Source: an uncultured Actinomycetes bacterium (GTDB lineage: Bacteria > Actinomycetota > UBA4738 > HRBIN12). Taken from it: a DNA stretch of 64,000 bases. This document shows, one piece after another, positions 1-9,488 of the stretch. Where the stretch lies: NCBI GenBank assembly GCA_963704725.1, contig OY969934.1, forward strand, positions 1,696,001-1,760,000, written 5' to 3'. A model generated the notes under the pieces. It saw only the letters and a list, made by a program, of their open reading frames with translations. It searched no databases and had not been told where the DNA came from. A program made the position numbers and the translations under genes. The first letter of the stretch is position 1. Each line of letters starts with the position of its first letter.

Positions 1-1341
1 CTCGTCGCGGACCCAGACGACCCGGCCGTCCCGGCCCAGGAAGCGGTACTCGACCGAGAACGGATCGCCGGTGTCGTTCGTCCGCCGCGACTCCTCGAGC
101 ACCCGCTCCCGGTCGTCGGGGTGCAGGTGGTCGATCCAGAACCTGGGATCGGCCGTCCTGGCTTCTGGCGGGTAGCCGAACATCTGCTCGTACTGCGGGC
201 TGACGTAGATCGCCGTGCTCGTGTCGTCGACGGCGTCCTGGTACACGACGACGGGGAGCTGCTCGACGAGCGTCCGGTAGGTCTCCTCGGCCTCTCGAAG
301 GCGAAGCTCGGCCTCCTTGCGCGCCGTGACGTCGATGCACACGCCCTGCCAGACGCTGCGGTCGAACGAGGGCCCGGGCTCCACGATCCGGGCGTCGTCG
401 TGGATCCACACCACCCGGCCATCCTTGGCGATCATCCGGTACTCGAGGCTCCACGGTGCGCCCCGCCGCTCGCTCGCCGCGATCTCCTCGAGCGCGCGTT
501 CGCGATCGTCCGGGTGCACGACGCGGTGCCACATCTGCGCGTCCCGGGTCCACTCGGCCTGCGAGTAGCCGAGGAGCCGCTCGATGCCCGGGGAGATGTA
601 CCGCTGCCCCGGGTCGTCCCGGCGATCGTCGACGTAGGTCACGACGGGCATGTGCTCCACGAGCGATCGATAGCGCTCCTCAGCCTCGCGCACCTTGTCC
701 TCGGCCGCCTTGCGATCGGTGATGTCGAACACCACGCCCTGGAACATCGGGTGCCCCCGCTCATCGCGGCCGACCGGTACCGCCTCGTCGCGCACCCAGA
801 GCGTCCGTCCATCTCGAGTGGACATGCGGTACTCGGCGCGGAAGGGGGAGGAGGTCCGCTCGCACGCCTCCCACTCCGCCATCACCGGACCGACGTCGTC
901 GGGGTGCATCAGCCGGGACCAGAGCAACGGGTCGTCGAACTCGTCCTGCCCGTAGCCGAGGAGCGAGCGCACCTGGGGGCTGACGTACGTGGCGGGGGCC
1001 TCACCGACGCGATACGTCGCGTCCCACGTGTACGTGACCGCCGGCATGTTCTCCACGAGCGCCCGGAACTGGGTCTCGGCGAGCTCGCGAGCGGCGGCCT
1101 CGCGCTGGGCCGAGCGCCACTGCAGGAGGCTGAACACGGCGAGCCCGACGGAGGCCAGGATCGGGGCGAGGATCACCTCGTCGACGGCTCCGTTGAACCG
1201 CTTCGTCAGCCAGTCCTGCGTTCCGGAGAAGACGTCGGTTGCGGCGCCGAACCAGAGCACGCCGGAAACGGCGAGCGAGATCAGCAGCAGATCCCGCAGC
1301 GCCCTCCACCCACGGCGAGGCCGACTCTCGGTGTCCTTCAT
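1..1341 (-). CDS. Membrane-anchored multi-PAS/PAC sensor protein (3' end outside the window; output domain not visible)
   Basis: Translated by hand from ATG 1341 (MKDTESRPRRGW...): two hydrophobic segments, then repeated PAS/PAC signatures (YVSPQVRSLLGY, HPDD, EYRM..RDGRTLWVRDE, QGVVFDITDRK). The frame stays open to the window edge, so it is missing from the ORF track. Confidence 0.85.
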   Translation of the reverse strand, partial: MKDTESRPRRGWRALRDLLLISLAVSGVLWFGAATDVFSGTQDWLTKRFNGAVDEVILAPILASVGLAVFSLLQWRSAQREAAARELAETQFRALVENMPAVTYTWDATYRVGEAPATYVSPQVRSLLGYGQDEFDDPLLWSRLMHPDDVGPVMAEWEACERTSSPFRAEYRMSTRDGRTLWVRDEAVPVGRDERGHPMFQGVVFDITDRKAAEDKVREAEERYRSLVEHMPVVTYVDDRRDDPGQRYISPGIERLLGYSQAEWTRDAQMWHRVVHPDDRERALEEIAASERRGAPWSLEYRMIAKDGRVVWIHDDARIVEPGPSFDRSVWQGVCIDVTARKEAELRLREAEETYRTLVEQLPVVVYQDAVDDTSTAIYVSPQYEQMFGYPPEARTADPRFWIDHLHPDDRERVLEESRRTNDTGDPFSVEYRFLGRDGRVVWVRDE

Positions 1342-1364
1342 GGCATGCGAGCTCGTTGAATTGG

Positions 1365-1391
1365 TTATCGGCCGCTCGGGGGAGCACCTGA
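1365..1391 (-). promoter_or_regulatory. FliA/WhiG (sigma-28)-type promoter TCAG-N15-GCCGATAA
   Basis: Exact GCCGATAA -10 with a 15-nt spacer, 23 nt upstream of the PAS sensor ATG. Confidence 0.6.
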
Positions 1392-1429
1392 GAGGAGGGC
1401 GGGGAGAGAGGAGGGGCCGGTCGAGCCCG

Positions 1430-2416
1430 TCAGAACCGGGCCAGCTCGAGCATCCGGTCGAAGATCCGGTCCACGTTCGGCATGAACGCGTGCTCGAGGT
1501 TGGAGGCGAACCCCATCGCCGGGACGTCCGGCCCGCCGATGCGAACGAGCGGGCCGTCCAGGTCGAACATGGCCTCCTCGGCGATCGTGGCCACGATCTC
1601 TGCACCGGCGCCGTACGTGCGGTTGTCCTCGTACACGACCATGGCCTTGCCCGTCTTGCGGACCGAGGCGAGGATCGTCTCCTTGTCCAGGGGGCTGATC
1701 GTCCGGACGTCCACCACCTCGGCGGACGCCCCCTCCTGGTCCTGGAGCCGCGAGGCGGCCTCCAGACAGTGGTGGAGCATGAGCCCGTAGGCGACGACGG
1801 TCAGGTCCGTGCCCTCGCGCTTGACGTCGGCGGGTCCGATCGGCACCTCGTACGGCTCGTCCGGGACCTCGCCCTTGATCAGCCGGTAGGCCCGCTTGTG
1901 CTCGAGGAACAGGACGGGGTCGGGGTCCTTGATGGCGGTCCGTAGGAGCCCGGCCGCGTCGTGGGGGGTCGACGGGATGACCACCTTGATCCCGGGGATG
2001 TGCCCGTAGAGGGCCTCGATCGACTGCGAGTGGTACAGCGCGCCGTGGACGCCGCCGCCGAACGGCGTGCGGATGACCATGGGAAGCCCGAAGTCGCCGT
2101 TGGTCCGGTAGCGCATCCGGGCGACCTCGGAGACCATCTGGTCGAACGCGGGGTGGATGAAGTCCGCGAACTCGATCTCGGCGACCGGGAGGAGGCCGTG
2201 CAGGGCCATCCCCACGGCCACGCCGATGATCCCGCCCTCGGCGAGCGGGGTGTCGATCACGCGCCGCTCACCGAACTCCTCGAGGAACCCCTGCGTGACC
2301 CGGAACACGCCGCCCCGAGCGCCGACGTCCTCTCCGAGCACGATGAGGCGCTCGTCGGCGGCCATCTGCTCGTGCAGGGTGTCGTGGATCGCGGTGACCA
2401 GGTTCTTCTCGGTCAC
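1430..2416 (-). CDS. 2-oxoacid dehydrogenase E1 beta subunit
   Basis: LGEDVG..GGVFRVT, DTPLAE, EIEFADF, GGGVHGALYHSQS, LEHK motifs. Confidence 0.95.
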   Translation of the reverse strand: MTEKNLVTAIHDTLHEQMAADERLIVLGEDVGARGGVFRVTQGFLEEFGERRVIDTPLAEGGIIGVAVGMALHGLLPVAEIEFADFIHPAFDQMVSEVARMRYRTNGDFGLPMVIRTPFGGGVHGALYHSQSIEALYGHIPGIKVVIPSTPHDAAGLLRTAIKDPDPVLFLEHKRAYRLIKGEVPDEPYEVPIGPADVKREGTDLTVVAYGLMLHHCLEAASRLQDQEGASAEVVDVRTISPLDKETILASVRKTGKAMVVYEDNRTYGAGAEIVATIAEEAMFDLDGPLVRIGGPDVPAMGFASNLEHAFMPNVDRIFDRMLELARF

Positions 2417-2423
2417 GGACGGC

Positions 2424-3443
2424 TCACTCGGTCTCGGGCTCGAGGTAGAGGTGGCGCAGGAGGCTGTCGGGGTCGGGGTCGGCCGCGTTCCACGCCTCGT
2501 CGATCTGCCGGTCCACGTCGGCCTTGATCTCGGCGGTGATGCCCTCCACGGCCTCCTTCTGCATGACGCCGGCGTTCCGCAGGTAGTGCTCGAACAGGTG
2601 CAGGGGGTCGCGGTGCTTGGCCTCCTCGACCTCCTCCCGCGTCCGGTACGTCCGGTCGTCGTCGTCGGAGGTGTGCGGGAAGAACCGGTAGGTCTTCGCC
2701 TCGATCAGGGTCGGCCCCTCCCCGGCCCGGGCGCGCTCGACCGCGGTCTTCATCGCGCCGTAGCACGCGAGGACGTCGTTGCCGTCGACGACGACGCCGG
2801 GGAATCCGTACGCAGCACCGCGATCGGCCACGTCCTCGATCGCCATCTGCTTCTTCTGCGAGACCGAGATCGCGTACTGGTTGTTCTCGCACACCCAGAT
2901 CACGGGGAGCTTGTGGATCCCGGCGAAGTTCAGGCCCTCGTGCCAGGAGCCCTCGGACGTCGCGCCCTCGCCGAACCAGCACCCGACGACGGCGTCCTCC
3001 TCGCGATAGCGGATCGCGTACGCGACGCCGGCGGCGTGGGGGATCTGCGAGGCGATGGGGGAGGAGTGGCTGATGATCCCCAGGCGCCGCGAACCCCAGT
3101 GGCTCGGCATCTGCCGTCCGCCCGAGGAGGGGTCGTCGGCCTTGGCGAACAGCCCGAGGAAGATCTCGTACGGGGTCATGCCGGCGACGAGCACGACGGC
3201 CACGTCCCGGTAGTAGGGGAGCCAGATGTCCTGTCCCCGTCGGAGGGCCCATGCGGTGCCGACCTGGCAGCCCTCGTGCCCCGAGACGGGGACGACGAAC
3301 GGCGCCTTGCCCTGGCGGTTGAGCCGGAACGACGCCTCGTCGACGAGACGAGCCGTGAGCATCGTGCGGTAGATCGACAGGAGGTCGTCTTCGCCGAGGC
3401 CGAGGGCCTCGTGTGATGTGTCCGTCGTTACTCGGGTCGCCAC
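2424..3443 (-). CDS. 2-oxoacid dehydrogenase E1 alpha subunit (branched-chain-type GEG variant)
   Basis: PYYRD, GRQMPSH, TPP motif FGEGATSEG...ENNQYAIS, HTSDDD. GTG 3443 is preceded by a GAGGAGG RBS. Confidence 0.93.
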   Translation of the reverse strand: MATRVTTDTSHEALGLGEDDLLSIYRTMLTARLVDEASFRLNRQGKAPFVVPVSGHEGCQVGTAWALRRGQDIWLPYYRDVAVVLVAGMTPYEIFLGLFAKADDPSSGGRQMPSHWGSRRLGIISHSSPIASQIPHAAGVAYAIRYREEDAVVGCWFGEGATSEGSWHEGLNFAGIHKLPVIWVCENNQYAISVSQKKQMAIEDVADRGAAYGFPGVVVDGNDVLACYGAMKTAVERARAGEGPTLIEAKTYRFFPHTSDDDDRTYRTREEVEEAKHRDPLHLFEHYLRNAGVMQKEAVEGITAEIKADVDRQIDEAWNAADPDPDSLLRHLYLEPETE

Positions 3444-3517
3444 ACCACCCTCCTCGCGGGGCATCCTAGCATCGGGGTTGCGCTTCCCGACGACGCGCCG
3501 TTGGATACGCTCCGCGC

Positions 3518-4396
3518 ATGCGGGAGGGGACCCGGAGGGACCGCGCGCTCGCGCTCATCGAGGAGCTCTCATCCGACGGCCGCCGCCCGCTCGACCCCGG
3601 CGATCGCCTGGCCGACGTCGGGTTCGACTCCCTCGCGTTCGCCGAGCTGGCCGTGGCCCTGGAGCGCGAGACCGGCGTCGATCTCACTCCCGCCCGGATC
3701 GGCCACGACGACCGTGTCGCCGACGTCCTTCGGGCGGTCGAGTCCTCGGCGCCGCGACGCACGCCTCCCGCGCTGCCGCGCGGCATCGGGCGTGCGCAGC
3801 CGTTCTCGAAGACGGTGGGCGGACCGGTCCTGCGGTGGTGGTTCCGTCTGCGGGTCGTGGGGGCGCAGCGCCTCCCGAGCACCGGACCCTGCGTGCTGGC
3901 CATGAACCACGAGAGCGCCATGGACATCCCGATCATCGTCGCGGCGTGCCCCCGCCCGATCACGTTCATGGCGAAGAGGGAGCTGTTCAGGAACCCGGTC
4001 GTGTCCGCGACCCTCCTCGCGCTCGGCGGGTTCCGCGTGGACCGGGACCGGTTCGACCTGCCGGCCGTCGGGTCGGCGCTCGCCGCGCTCTCCAGAGGCG
4101 ACGTGCTCGGGATGTACCCGGAGGGGACCCGGTCGCCGGGCGAGCTCCGGCCGTTCCTGCACGGGGCGGCCTGGGTAGCGCTGCGGACGGGCGCTCCGCT
4201 CGTTCCCTGCTCGATCGCCGGGACCGAGCACGCCGGCCGGGCCTCACTTCCCGGCCGCGTCCGTGTTCGCGTCGAGTTCCACCATCCGATCGCCGTCGAG
4301 CCCGTCGAGGACCCTCTCGAGCGCCGGCTTCGAGCCGAGGCGCTCACCGCCGAGCTGCGAACCGCGGTCGAGAAGGGATACGCGGTCCCGCGGTGA
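3518..4396 (+). CDS. Acyl-carrier domain fused to 1-acyl-sn-glycerol-3-phosphate (PlsC-type) acyltransferase
   Basis: N-terminal GFDSL phosphopantetheine motif; C-terminal NHESAMD (HX4D), FMAKRELF and YPEGTRS motifs. Confidence 0.85.
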   Translation: MREGTRRDRALALIEELSSDGRRPLDPGDRLADVGFDSLAFAELAVALERETGVDLTPARIGHDDRVADVLRAVESSAPRRTPPALPRGIGRAQPFSKTVGGPVLRWWFRLRVVGAQRLPSTGPCVLAMNHESAMDIPIIVAACPRPITFMAKRELFRNPVVSATLLALGGFRVDRDRFDLPAVGSALAALSRGDVLGMYPEGTRSPGELRPFLHGAAWVALRTGAPLVPCSIAGTEHAGRASLPGRVRVRVEFHHPIAVEPVEDPLERRLRAEALTAELRTAVEKGYAVPR

Positions 4397-4424
4397 TGCC
4401 CCTCTCGCGGCGGACGCTCCTCGC

Positions 4425-5750
4425 TCAGGAGAAGCAGTCCGTGCGAAGCGGCAGGGGATCGGGAGGACGCGGTCGCATCGAGAAGTCGAAGTCGTAGGAG
4501 AGATCGGTCGCCGCTCGGTCGCGGTGCGTGAGCTGCGACAGTCCCCATGCGCGTTCGACGAAGCGAAGCACGCTCGAGAACTCGCCCCGTCGGTGGTCGA
4601 CCACGCCGGGCCTCGCGTAGGGGGAGATGACGAGGAGCGGGACGCGGATCCCGAGTCCGAAGCCGTCCACCTGCGGCGGGGGCACGTGATCGTAGAAGCC
4701 CCCGTAGTCGTCCCACGTCACGAAGATCGCGGTATCCCGCCACATGGGGCTGCGCATGATCGCGTCGATCACGCGCGTGGACCAGTTCTCGCCGAGGCAG
4801 AAGCTGTACTGCGGGTGCTCGGACACCTCGTATCGCGGCGCGATCCACGTGACGGGCGGCAGGCGGTCGGCTCGGATGTCGGCGAGCAGGTCGTCCACGG
4901 GCAGCACGTGACGCGACCATTGGTTCGTCTCCCGGATGTGCCGGATCGCCGAGTACGCGGACCAGATGTAGCCGAGCTGGTCGGGCTGGGCCGCGTAGTA
5001 GGCCCAGTCGATCCCCGCACTCGACAGGAGGTCGCCCTCGGTCGGGAAGTCGAAGCAGGGCGGCACCTGCTTCTCGTGGCCCTCGGAATCCACGACGGTC
5101 ACCGTCTGGCCGGCCGGCGCGTCGCAGCCGAACGTGTTGCTCGAACGGAACGCTCCGGTCCGCCGCGGGTTGTCGTGGGCGCCACCGGACTGCGCGGCGA
5201 TGGCGTAGAGGTGGTTGGGGAACGAGGGTCCCTGGGCGGAGGAGAAGAAGTTGTCGGCCAGCACGAACTCCCGGGCCCAGTGCCAGTAGTTCGGCAGCTG
5301 GGGCCGGCGGAGCTGCGTGTATGCCCACCGGTCGGAGACGGCGCCCTGGTTGAACCCGTCCATCTCCCCGTGGTTCCAGGCCGCGAGCGAGCACGTGTAG
5401 CAATGGGGGATGTCCTCGGAGCCGATGCTCCCGTCCGTTCCGGGCGCGAGCGGACGTCGGACGCCGTGGTCCAGGCCGGACGTGGCGCCGTCCGCCCCGG
5501 GGAAGGTCCCGAACAGGTTGTCGAACGTGCGGTTCTCCTTGATCAGGAAGACCACGTGCTCGATCGGCCAGGGGGCCTCGCGCCGGCTCGGTTGTTCGGA
5601 CGGCCCCGGGGAGAGCGCGGACGGAGGGAGGGTAGGCCGCGCGTGGCCGGGGGCCGCCGGTGCGGCGCTCTCACACGCCGCGGCGACGAGGGCCAGCGCG
5701 ACGGCGCTCGCGACGGCCGCGCGGCGAGACGATGAGCGGTGCCTCCCCAT
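4425..5750 (-). CDS. Phospholipase C / phosphoesterase-family lipoprotein
   Basis: Signal peptide ending in lipobox-like VAAAC; [44 protein letters not shown]. Confidence 0.9.
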   Translation of the reverse strand: MGRHRSSSRRAAVASAVALALVAAACESAAPAAPGHARPTLPPSALSPGPSEQPSRREAPWPIEHVVFLIKENRTFDNLFGTFPGADGATSGLDHGVRRPLAPGTDGSIGSEDIPHCYTCSLAAWNHGEMDGFNQGAVSDRWAYTQLRRPQLPNYWHWAREFVLADNFFSSAQGPSFPNHLYAIAAQSGGAHDNPRRTGAFRSSNTFGCDAPAGQTVTVVDSEGHEKQVPPCFDFPTEGDLLSSAGIDWAYYAAQPDQLGYIWSAYSAIRHIRETNQWSRHVLPVDDLLADIRADRLPPVTWIAPRYEVSEHPQYSFCLGENWSTRVIDAIMRSPMWRDTAIFVTWDDYGGFYDHVPPPQVDGFGLGIRVPLLVISPYARPGVVDHRRGEFSSVLRFVERAWGLSQLTHRDRAATDLSYDFDFSMRPRPPDPLPLRTDCFS

Positions 5751-5961
5751 CGCGATTCAGACTCGGCGAGGCCCAGGAGCGTTCCGAATGACCGTGGGAG
5801 CCGCCCGCGTGCATCCCGAGCATCATCAACGGGCACGCCAGGGCGATCCCGAGGACGACGAGGCTCTGCACGGGCACGTGGAAGATTGCGACGGCGGCGA
5901 AGGCTCCGAGGGCCGCGAGCACGGCGACGAGTCGGAGGCGAGCCCCGTTTACGCCGCTCAT
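5671..5961 (-). CDS. Small membrane protein, DUF2933-like (copper-locus associated)
   Basis: Two TM segments, then [18 protein letters not shown]-coupled to the upstream SHOCT gene. Its 3' end overlaps the next gene by about 80 nt. Confidence 0.65.
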   Translation of the reverse strand: MSGVNGARLRLVAVLAALGAFAAVAIFHVPVQSLVVLGIALACPLMMLGMHAGGSHGHSERSWASPSLNRDGEAPLIVSPRGRRERRRAGPRRRGV

Positions 5962-6230
5962 CGATCCCTCTCCTCCGGCGTCGCGCGCGGGTCCTTCCCG
6001 GAACGGAGCACCCTTCGGCGCTCGATGAGCTCCTGCTCGGAGATCTCGCCGCGTGCGAACCGCTCCTCGAGGATGCGTTCGGGATCCGGGCCGTGCGCCT
6101 GCGGCGAGGATCCCTCCGGTGGCCGGCGATCGGACCATCGAACGATCCACACGACGATGCCGACCAGGAGCGCCCACGACGCGACCATCCAGAGCAGGCC
6201 CCACCCACCGTCGTGCCACCCGTACGGCAT
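5958..6230 (-). CDS. SHOCT-domain membrane protein
   Basis: MPYGWHDGGWG + one TM helix + PERILEERFARGEISEQE (SHOCT signature). Confidence 0.8.
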   Translation of the reverse strand: MPYGWHDGGWGLLWMVASWALLVGIVVWIVRWSDRRPPEGSSPQAHGPDPERILEERFARGEISEQELIERRRVLRSGKDPRATPEERDR

Positions 6231-6241
6231 CACCGGGGTTC

Positions 6242-6604
6242 TCAGCTGCCCGTCGGGTGATGGTCGGCGTGCGATCCCCAGGGTCCGGCGGAGCCCGTCC
6301 ACGGCGCCGTGCCGCCCATCATGCCGCCCATGCCCGAGGTCCCCTCCATCATCTGCGACATCTGCTCGTGCAGGGCGTCGCACTGGGCCGCGAGCTCGGC
6401 CGGCATCTGGTCGTGGAGCTGCCGCATCGCGGCCGAGTCGTGCATCGCGTCCATCGTCGCGGTCGACGGGGTGCCGTCCATCATCGACCCCATCGATCCC
6501 GGCCCGCCTCCGGTCGTCCACCCCGTGGATCCGTGGGCGAACCCGAGCGTCAGGGCGAGCACGAAGCCGAGCGCCGCCCCGAGCACGATCCATCGTCCCT
6601 TCAT
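6242..6604 (-). CDS. Secreted/anchored Met/His-rich small protein, putative copper binder
   Basis: N-terminal hydrophobic helix, many Met/His (MDAMHDS..MRQLHDQM..CDALHEQMSQMM), AAGGAGG RBS. Confidence 0.7.
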   Translation of the reverse strand: MKGRWIVLGAALGFVLALTLGFAHGSTGWTTGGGPGSMGSMMDGTPSTATMDAMHDSAAMRQLHDQMPAELAAQCDALHEQMSQMMEGTSGMGGMMGGTAPWTGSAGPWGSHADHHPTGS

Positions 6605-8028
6605 CGTGAACCTCCTTGTTCTGCCCCGACCGTAGCCGGGGGCGATGAAGGCTCGATGAAGGCGCCGCGCGGGTGCGATGAGGGGCCGGGAAGCCGCACG
6701 GTGAAGGTGGTGCCGTGGCCGAGCTCGCTGGCGGCGACCAGCTCACCCCCGTGGGCGAGCACGAGCTCCCGGGCCACGGTCAGGCCGATGCCGGAGCCTC
6801 GGGCGCGAACCCCGCTGCCCCGGAAGAACCGGTCGAAGACCCTGGGGAGCTCGTCGGGAGAGATCCCGGGTCCGGTGTCGGAGACGGCGATCACGGCGTC
6901 GTCCCCGTCGCGGCGAAGACTGAGGCGCACCTCGCCCTTCTCAGGGGTGAACTTGAGGGCGTTCGAGAGGAGGTTCGCGATCATCTGGCGGATCCGGGTG
7001 GCATCGGCCGGGATCTCGACGTCCTCGAGCTCGCCGGACAGGCGGACGTCGCCCGCCTCGAAGGGCCCCTCGAACTCCCTCATCGCGTCCTCGATCACGT
7101 CTCGCAGCCGCGTCGACGTCCGGTTGAGCGAGAACCCGGCCGCATCTGCCGAGGCCAGCGTCTCCAGGTCTCCGACGAGCCGGGTCAGGCGGAGCGACTC
7201 CTCGTGCAGGGACGCGATGGCGGGGGAGCTGGGCTCGACGACGCCGTCCTGGATCCCCTCGATCTGCGTGCGAAGGATCGCGAGCGGGGTGCGCAGCTCG
7301 TGCGCGACCTCCGCCGCGAACGCGCGCCGGAGCCGATCCTCCTCCTCGATCGTGTCGGCCATCGAGTTGAAGGCCCTGGCCATCTCCCCGAGCTCGTCCG
7401 GTGAGTCGTCGTCCACCCGCTGCGATCGCTCGCCGCTCGCCATGGCCCGGGCCGCTCGGGTGAGCTCGCGGGCCGGCGCCGTGGCCTTGCGCGCGAGCAC
7501 GAGTCCCGCGGCCAGGGCCGCGAGCGCCGCCGCGACGCCGCCGACGAGGAGCATGTGGTTGACCGACGACCGGAAGGCCAGATCCTGGGGGAGCAACCCG
7601 GGGGTGGGGAGCCGGACGAGCGCGGTCCCCACGACCACTCCGTCGACGCTGATCGGCAGCCGACGGGTGGGCCCAAGCGGCCCGCTCCCCATCATCTGGC
7701 GGTGCATCGCCGAGACGCGTCCGCCCTCACCCGCGGATGGCTCCCAGACGGCGATCCCGTCGGCATCGAGGAGTCGCAGGGTGCCGCCGTCCATCATGGC
7801 GAGCGACTCCAGCGTGCGAAGGTCGGTGGCGTTCCAGCCCCCCATGCGCTCGTACGAGTCGGCCAGCCCGGCGACCAGCTGCTCCTGCCGCGCGCGTTGC
7901 TGGTCCTCGAGATAGGAGGAGAACCGGCTTTCGAAGGAGACGTTGACGAGGATCGCCGTGAGCGCCGCCGCCGCGATCCCGACGCCCGTGAACGCCGCGG
8001 CGAGGCGGAGCGCGAACGACCTACGCAT
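6601..8028 (-). CDS. HAMP-domain sensor histidine kinase (CopS/BaeS-like)
   Basis: Two TM helices, HAMP (DELGEMARAFNSMA), H-box HELRTPL, N-box NLLSNALKF, G boxes DTGPGI and GSGIGL. Extracytoplasmic Met/His motifs (MMDG, MHRQMM). Confidence 0.93.
   Translation of the reverse strand: MRRSFALRLAAAFTGVGIAAAALTAILVNVSFESRFSSYLEDQQRARQEQLVAGLADSYERMGGWNATDLRTLESLAMMDGGTLRLLDADGIAVWEPSAGEGGRVSAMHRQMMGSGPLGPTRRLPISVDGVVVGTALVRLPTPGLLPQDLAFRSSVNHMLLVGGVAAALAALAAGLVLARKATAPARELTRAARAMASGERSQRVDDDSPDELGEMARAFNSMADTIEEEDRLRRAFAAEVAHELRTPLAILRTQIEGIQDGVVEPSSPAIASLHEESLRLTRLVGDLETLASADAAGFSLNRTSTRLRDVIEDAMREFEGPFEAGDVRLSGELEDVEIPADATRIRQMIANLLSNALKFTPEKGEVRLSLRRDGDDAVIAVSDTGPGISPDELPRVFDRFFRGSGVRARGSGIGLTVARELVLAHGGELVAASELGHGTTFTVRLPGPSSHPRGAFIEPSSPPATVGAEQGGSR
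6643..6683 (-). promoter_or_regulatory. OmpR/CopR-type direct-repeat operator inside the kinase 3' end
   Basis: CGATGAAGGC twice at 11-nt spacing (6643, 6654) plus ATGAGG at 6678. A TACGGT -10 lies on the minus strand at 6629-6634. Confidence 0.6.
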
Positions 8029-8719
8029 CGGCCCTGGGGCCGAACTTGTAGCCGACGCCCGGGACCGTGAGGACGAATCGAGGCTCCTTCGGATCGTCGC
8101 CCAGCTTGCGCCGGAGGTTCTTGACGTGAGCATCGATGGTGCGCTCGTACCCCTCGTAGTCGTACCCCTGCACCTTGGTGACGAGCTCGTAGCGTGAGAA
8201 CGCCCTGCCGGGATGAGCGGCCAGCGCCAGGAGCAGGTCGAACTCGCTCCGGGTGAGGTCGGCGGGCCTGCCGTCGACCGAAACCTCCCGACCGACCCGA
8301 TCGATCACGAGCGCGCCGGATGCGAACGACGCGGGGCGGTCCTCTCTGCTCCCGCCCGCGCGCCGGAGCACGGCCTCCACCCTGGCGACGAGCTCACGTG
8401 GGCTGAAGGGCTTGACGAGATAGTCGTCCGCGCCCAGTCGCAGCCCGTTCACGCGGTCGTCCTCCGAGGACTTAGCGGTGAGCATGATGACCGGGAGATC
8501 GGAATGAGCCCGGATCGACCGTGCGACCTCCTCGCCGGCGATGTCCGGAAGCATGAGGTCGAGCACGAGCAGGTCGGGATGGGCTCGCTCCACCGCCTCG
8601 AGCGCCCGCGCGCCCGTGTCGGCGACGAGGACGGAGTACCCCTCGCGCTCCAGGTATGAGCGGACGAGCTCCCGGATCTTCCGCTCGTCGTCCGCGACGA
8701 CGATCGTGGCCGTTCCCAT
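8021..8719 (-). CDS. OmpR-family response regulator (CopR-like)
   Basis: VADDE, LDLMLP, GADDYLVKPFSPRELVAR; winged helix LTRSEFDLL, RTIDAHVKNLRRKL, TVPGVGYKF. Confidence 0.95.
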   Translation of the reverse strand: MGTATIVVADDERKIRELVRSYLEREGYSVLVADTGARALEAVERAHPDLLVLDLMLPDIAGEEVARSIRAHSDLPVIMLTAKSSEDDRVNGLRLGADDYLVKPFSPRELVARVEAVLRRAGGSREDRPASFASGALVIDRVGREVSVDGRPADLTRSEFDLLLALAAHPGRAFSRYELVTKVQGYDYEGYERTIDAHVKNLRRKLGDDPKEPRFVLTVPGVGYKFGPRADA

Positions 8720-8822
8720 GGTCGGCACCTCATCGGTCTGTCGTGACGTCTCAGGGTGCGGCCCTGCTCCCGGACCCTTCAGGGCCGGCAGGCCCCGGCG
8801 GCGGGGGTCGATCGGCCCGGCC

Positions 8823-9488
8823 TCAGTCGAGTTCCGGGAGCGCATCGAGCAGGTCCCTCGCCGACACGAACATCGACGGGTACTCCTGCGTCCAGCGGAT
8901 CCGTCCCGCGGCGTCGACGAGCACGAAGCCGTGGCCCGGGAGGTTGGCGTGCATGCCGTGGCCGATCATCCCGTACGCCTGGGAGACCGAGGTGTCGGCA
9001 TCGCTCAGGTACGGCGTTGTGATGCCGAAGCGCTGGAGCTCGGGCACAACGTCGCTCACTGGGTTCGCCACGATCGGGACGACCTCGATCCCCGCGGCGG
9101 CGAATCCGTCGGCGTCCTTCTCGATCTCGGTCATCTGGTAGAAGCACGCGTCGCAGCCGACTCCCTCGTTGAAGTACAGGAGCACGTTGCGTCCCAGGAA
9201 GCTCGAGATCGACACGCTCGTCCCCGACGTGGACGGAAGCGTGAACGCCGGAGCGGCCCCTTGGGCCCCTCCCGCCGGGGCCTGGCGCCCGCCGAAGTAC
9301 AGCATCAGCCCCAGGGCCGCGATCGCGGCGACACCGACGAGCGGACCGAAGGGGCTGCGCTTACGCGCGACCCCCCGGGATCGCCTCCTCCGCGTGCCGG
9401 CCGGTCTCTGCCCGGGGTGCGTGGCAGTGGGCTTCGCTCGATGGGGGGGTTCCCAGCGGGCTCGCTTCCCCTTCGTCTTGGTGGTCAT
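8823..9488 (-). CDS. Membrane-anchored redoxin (AhpC/TSA, TlpA-like)
   Basis: TM anchor, APAFTLPS, GCDAC CXXC motif, GGAGG RBS. Confidence 0.8.
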   Translation of the reverse strand: MTTKTKGKRARWEPPHRAKPTATHPGQRPAGTRRRRSRGVARKRSPFGPLVGVAAIAALGLMLYFGGRQAPAGGAQGAAPAFTLPSTSGTSVSISSFLGRNVLLYFNEGVGCDACFYQMTEIEKDADGFAAAGIEVVPIVANPVSDVVPELQRFGITTPYLSDADTSVSQAYGMIGHGMHANLPGHGFVLVDAAGRIRWTQEYPSMFVSARDLLDALPELD

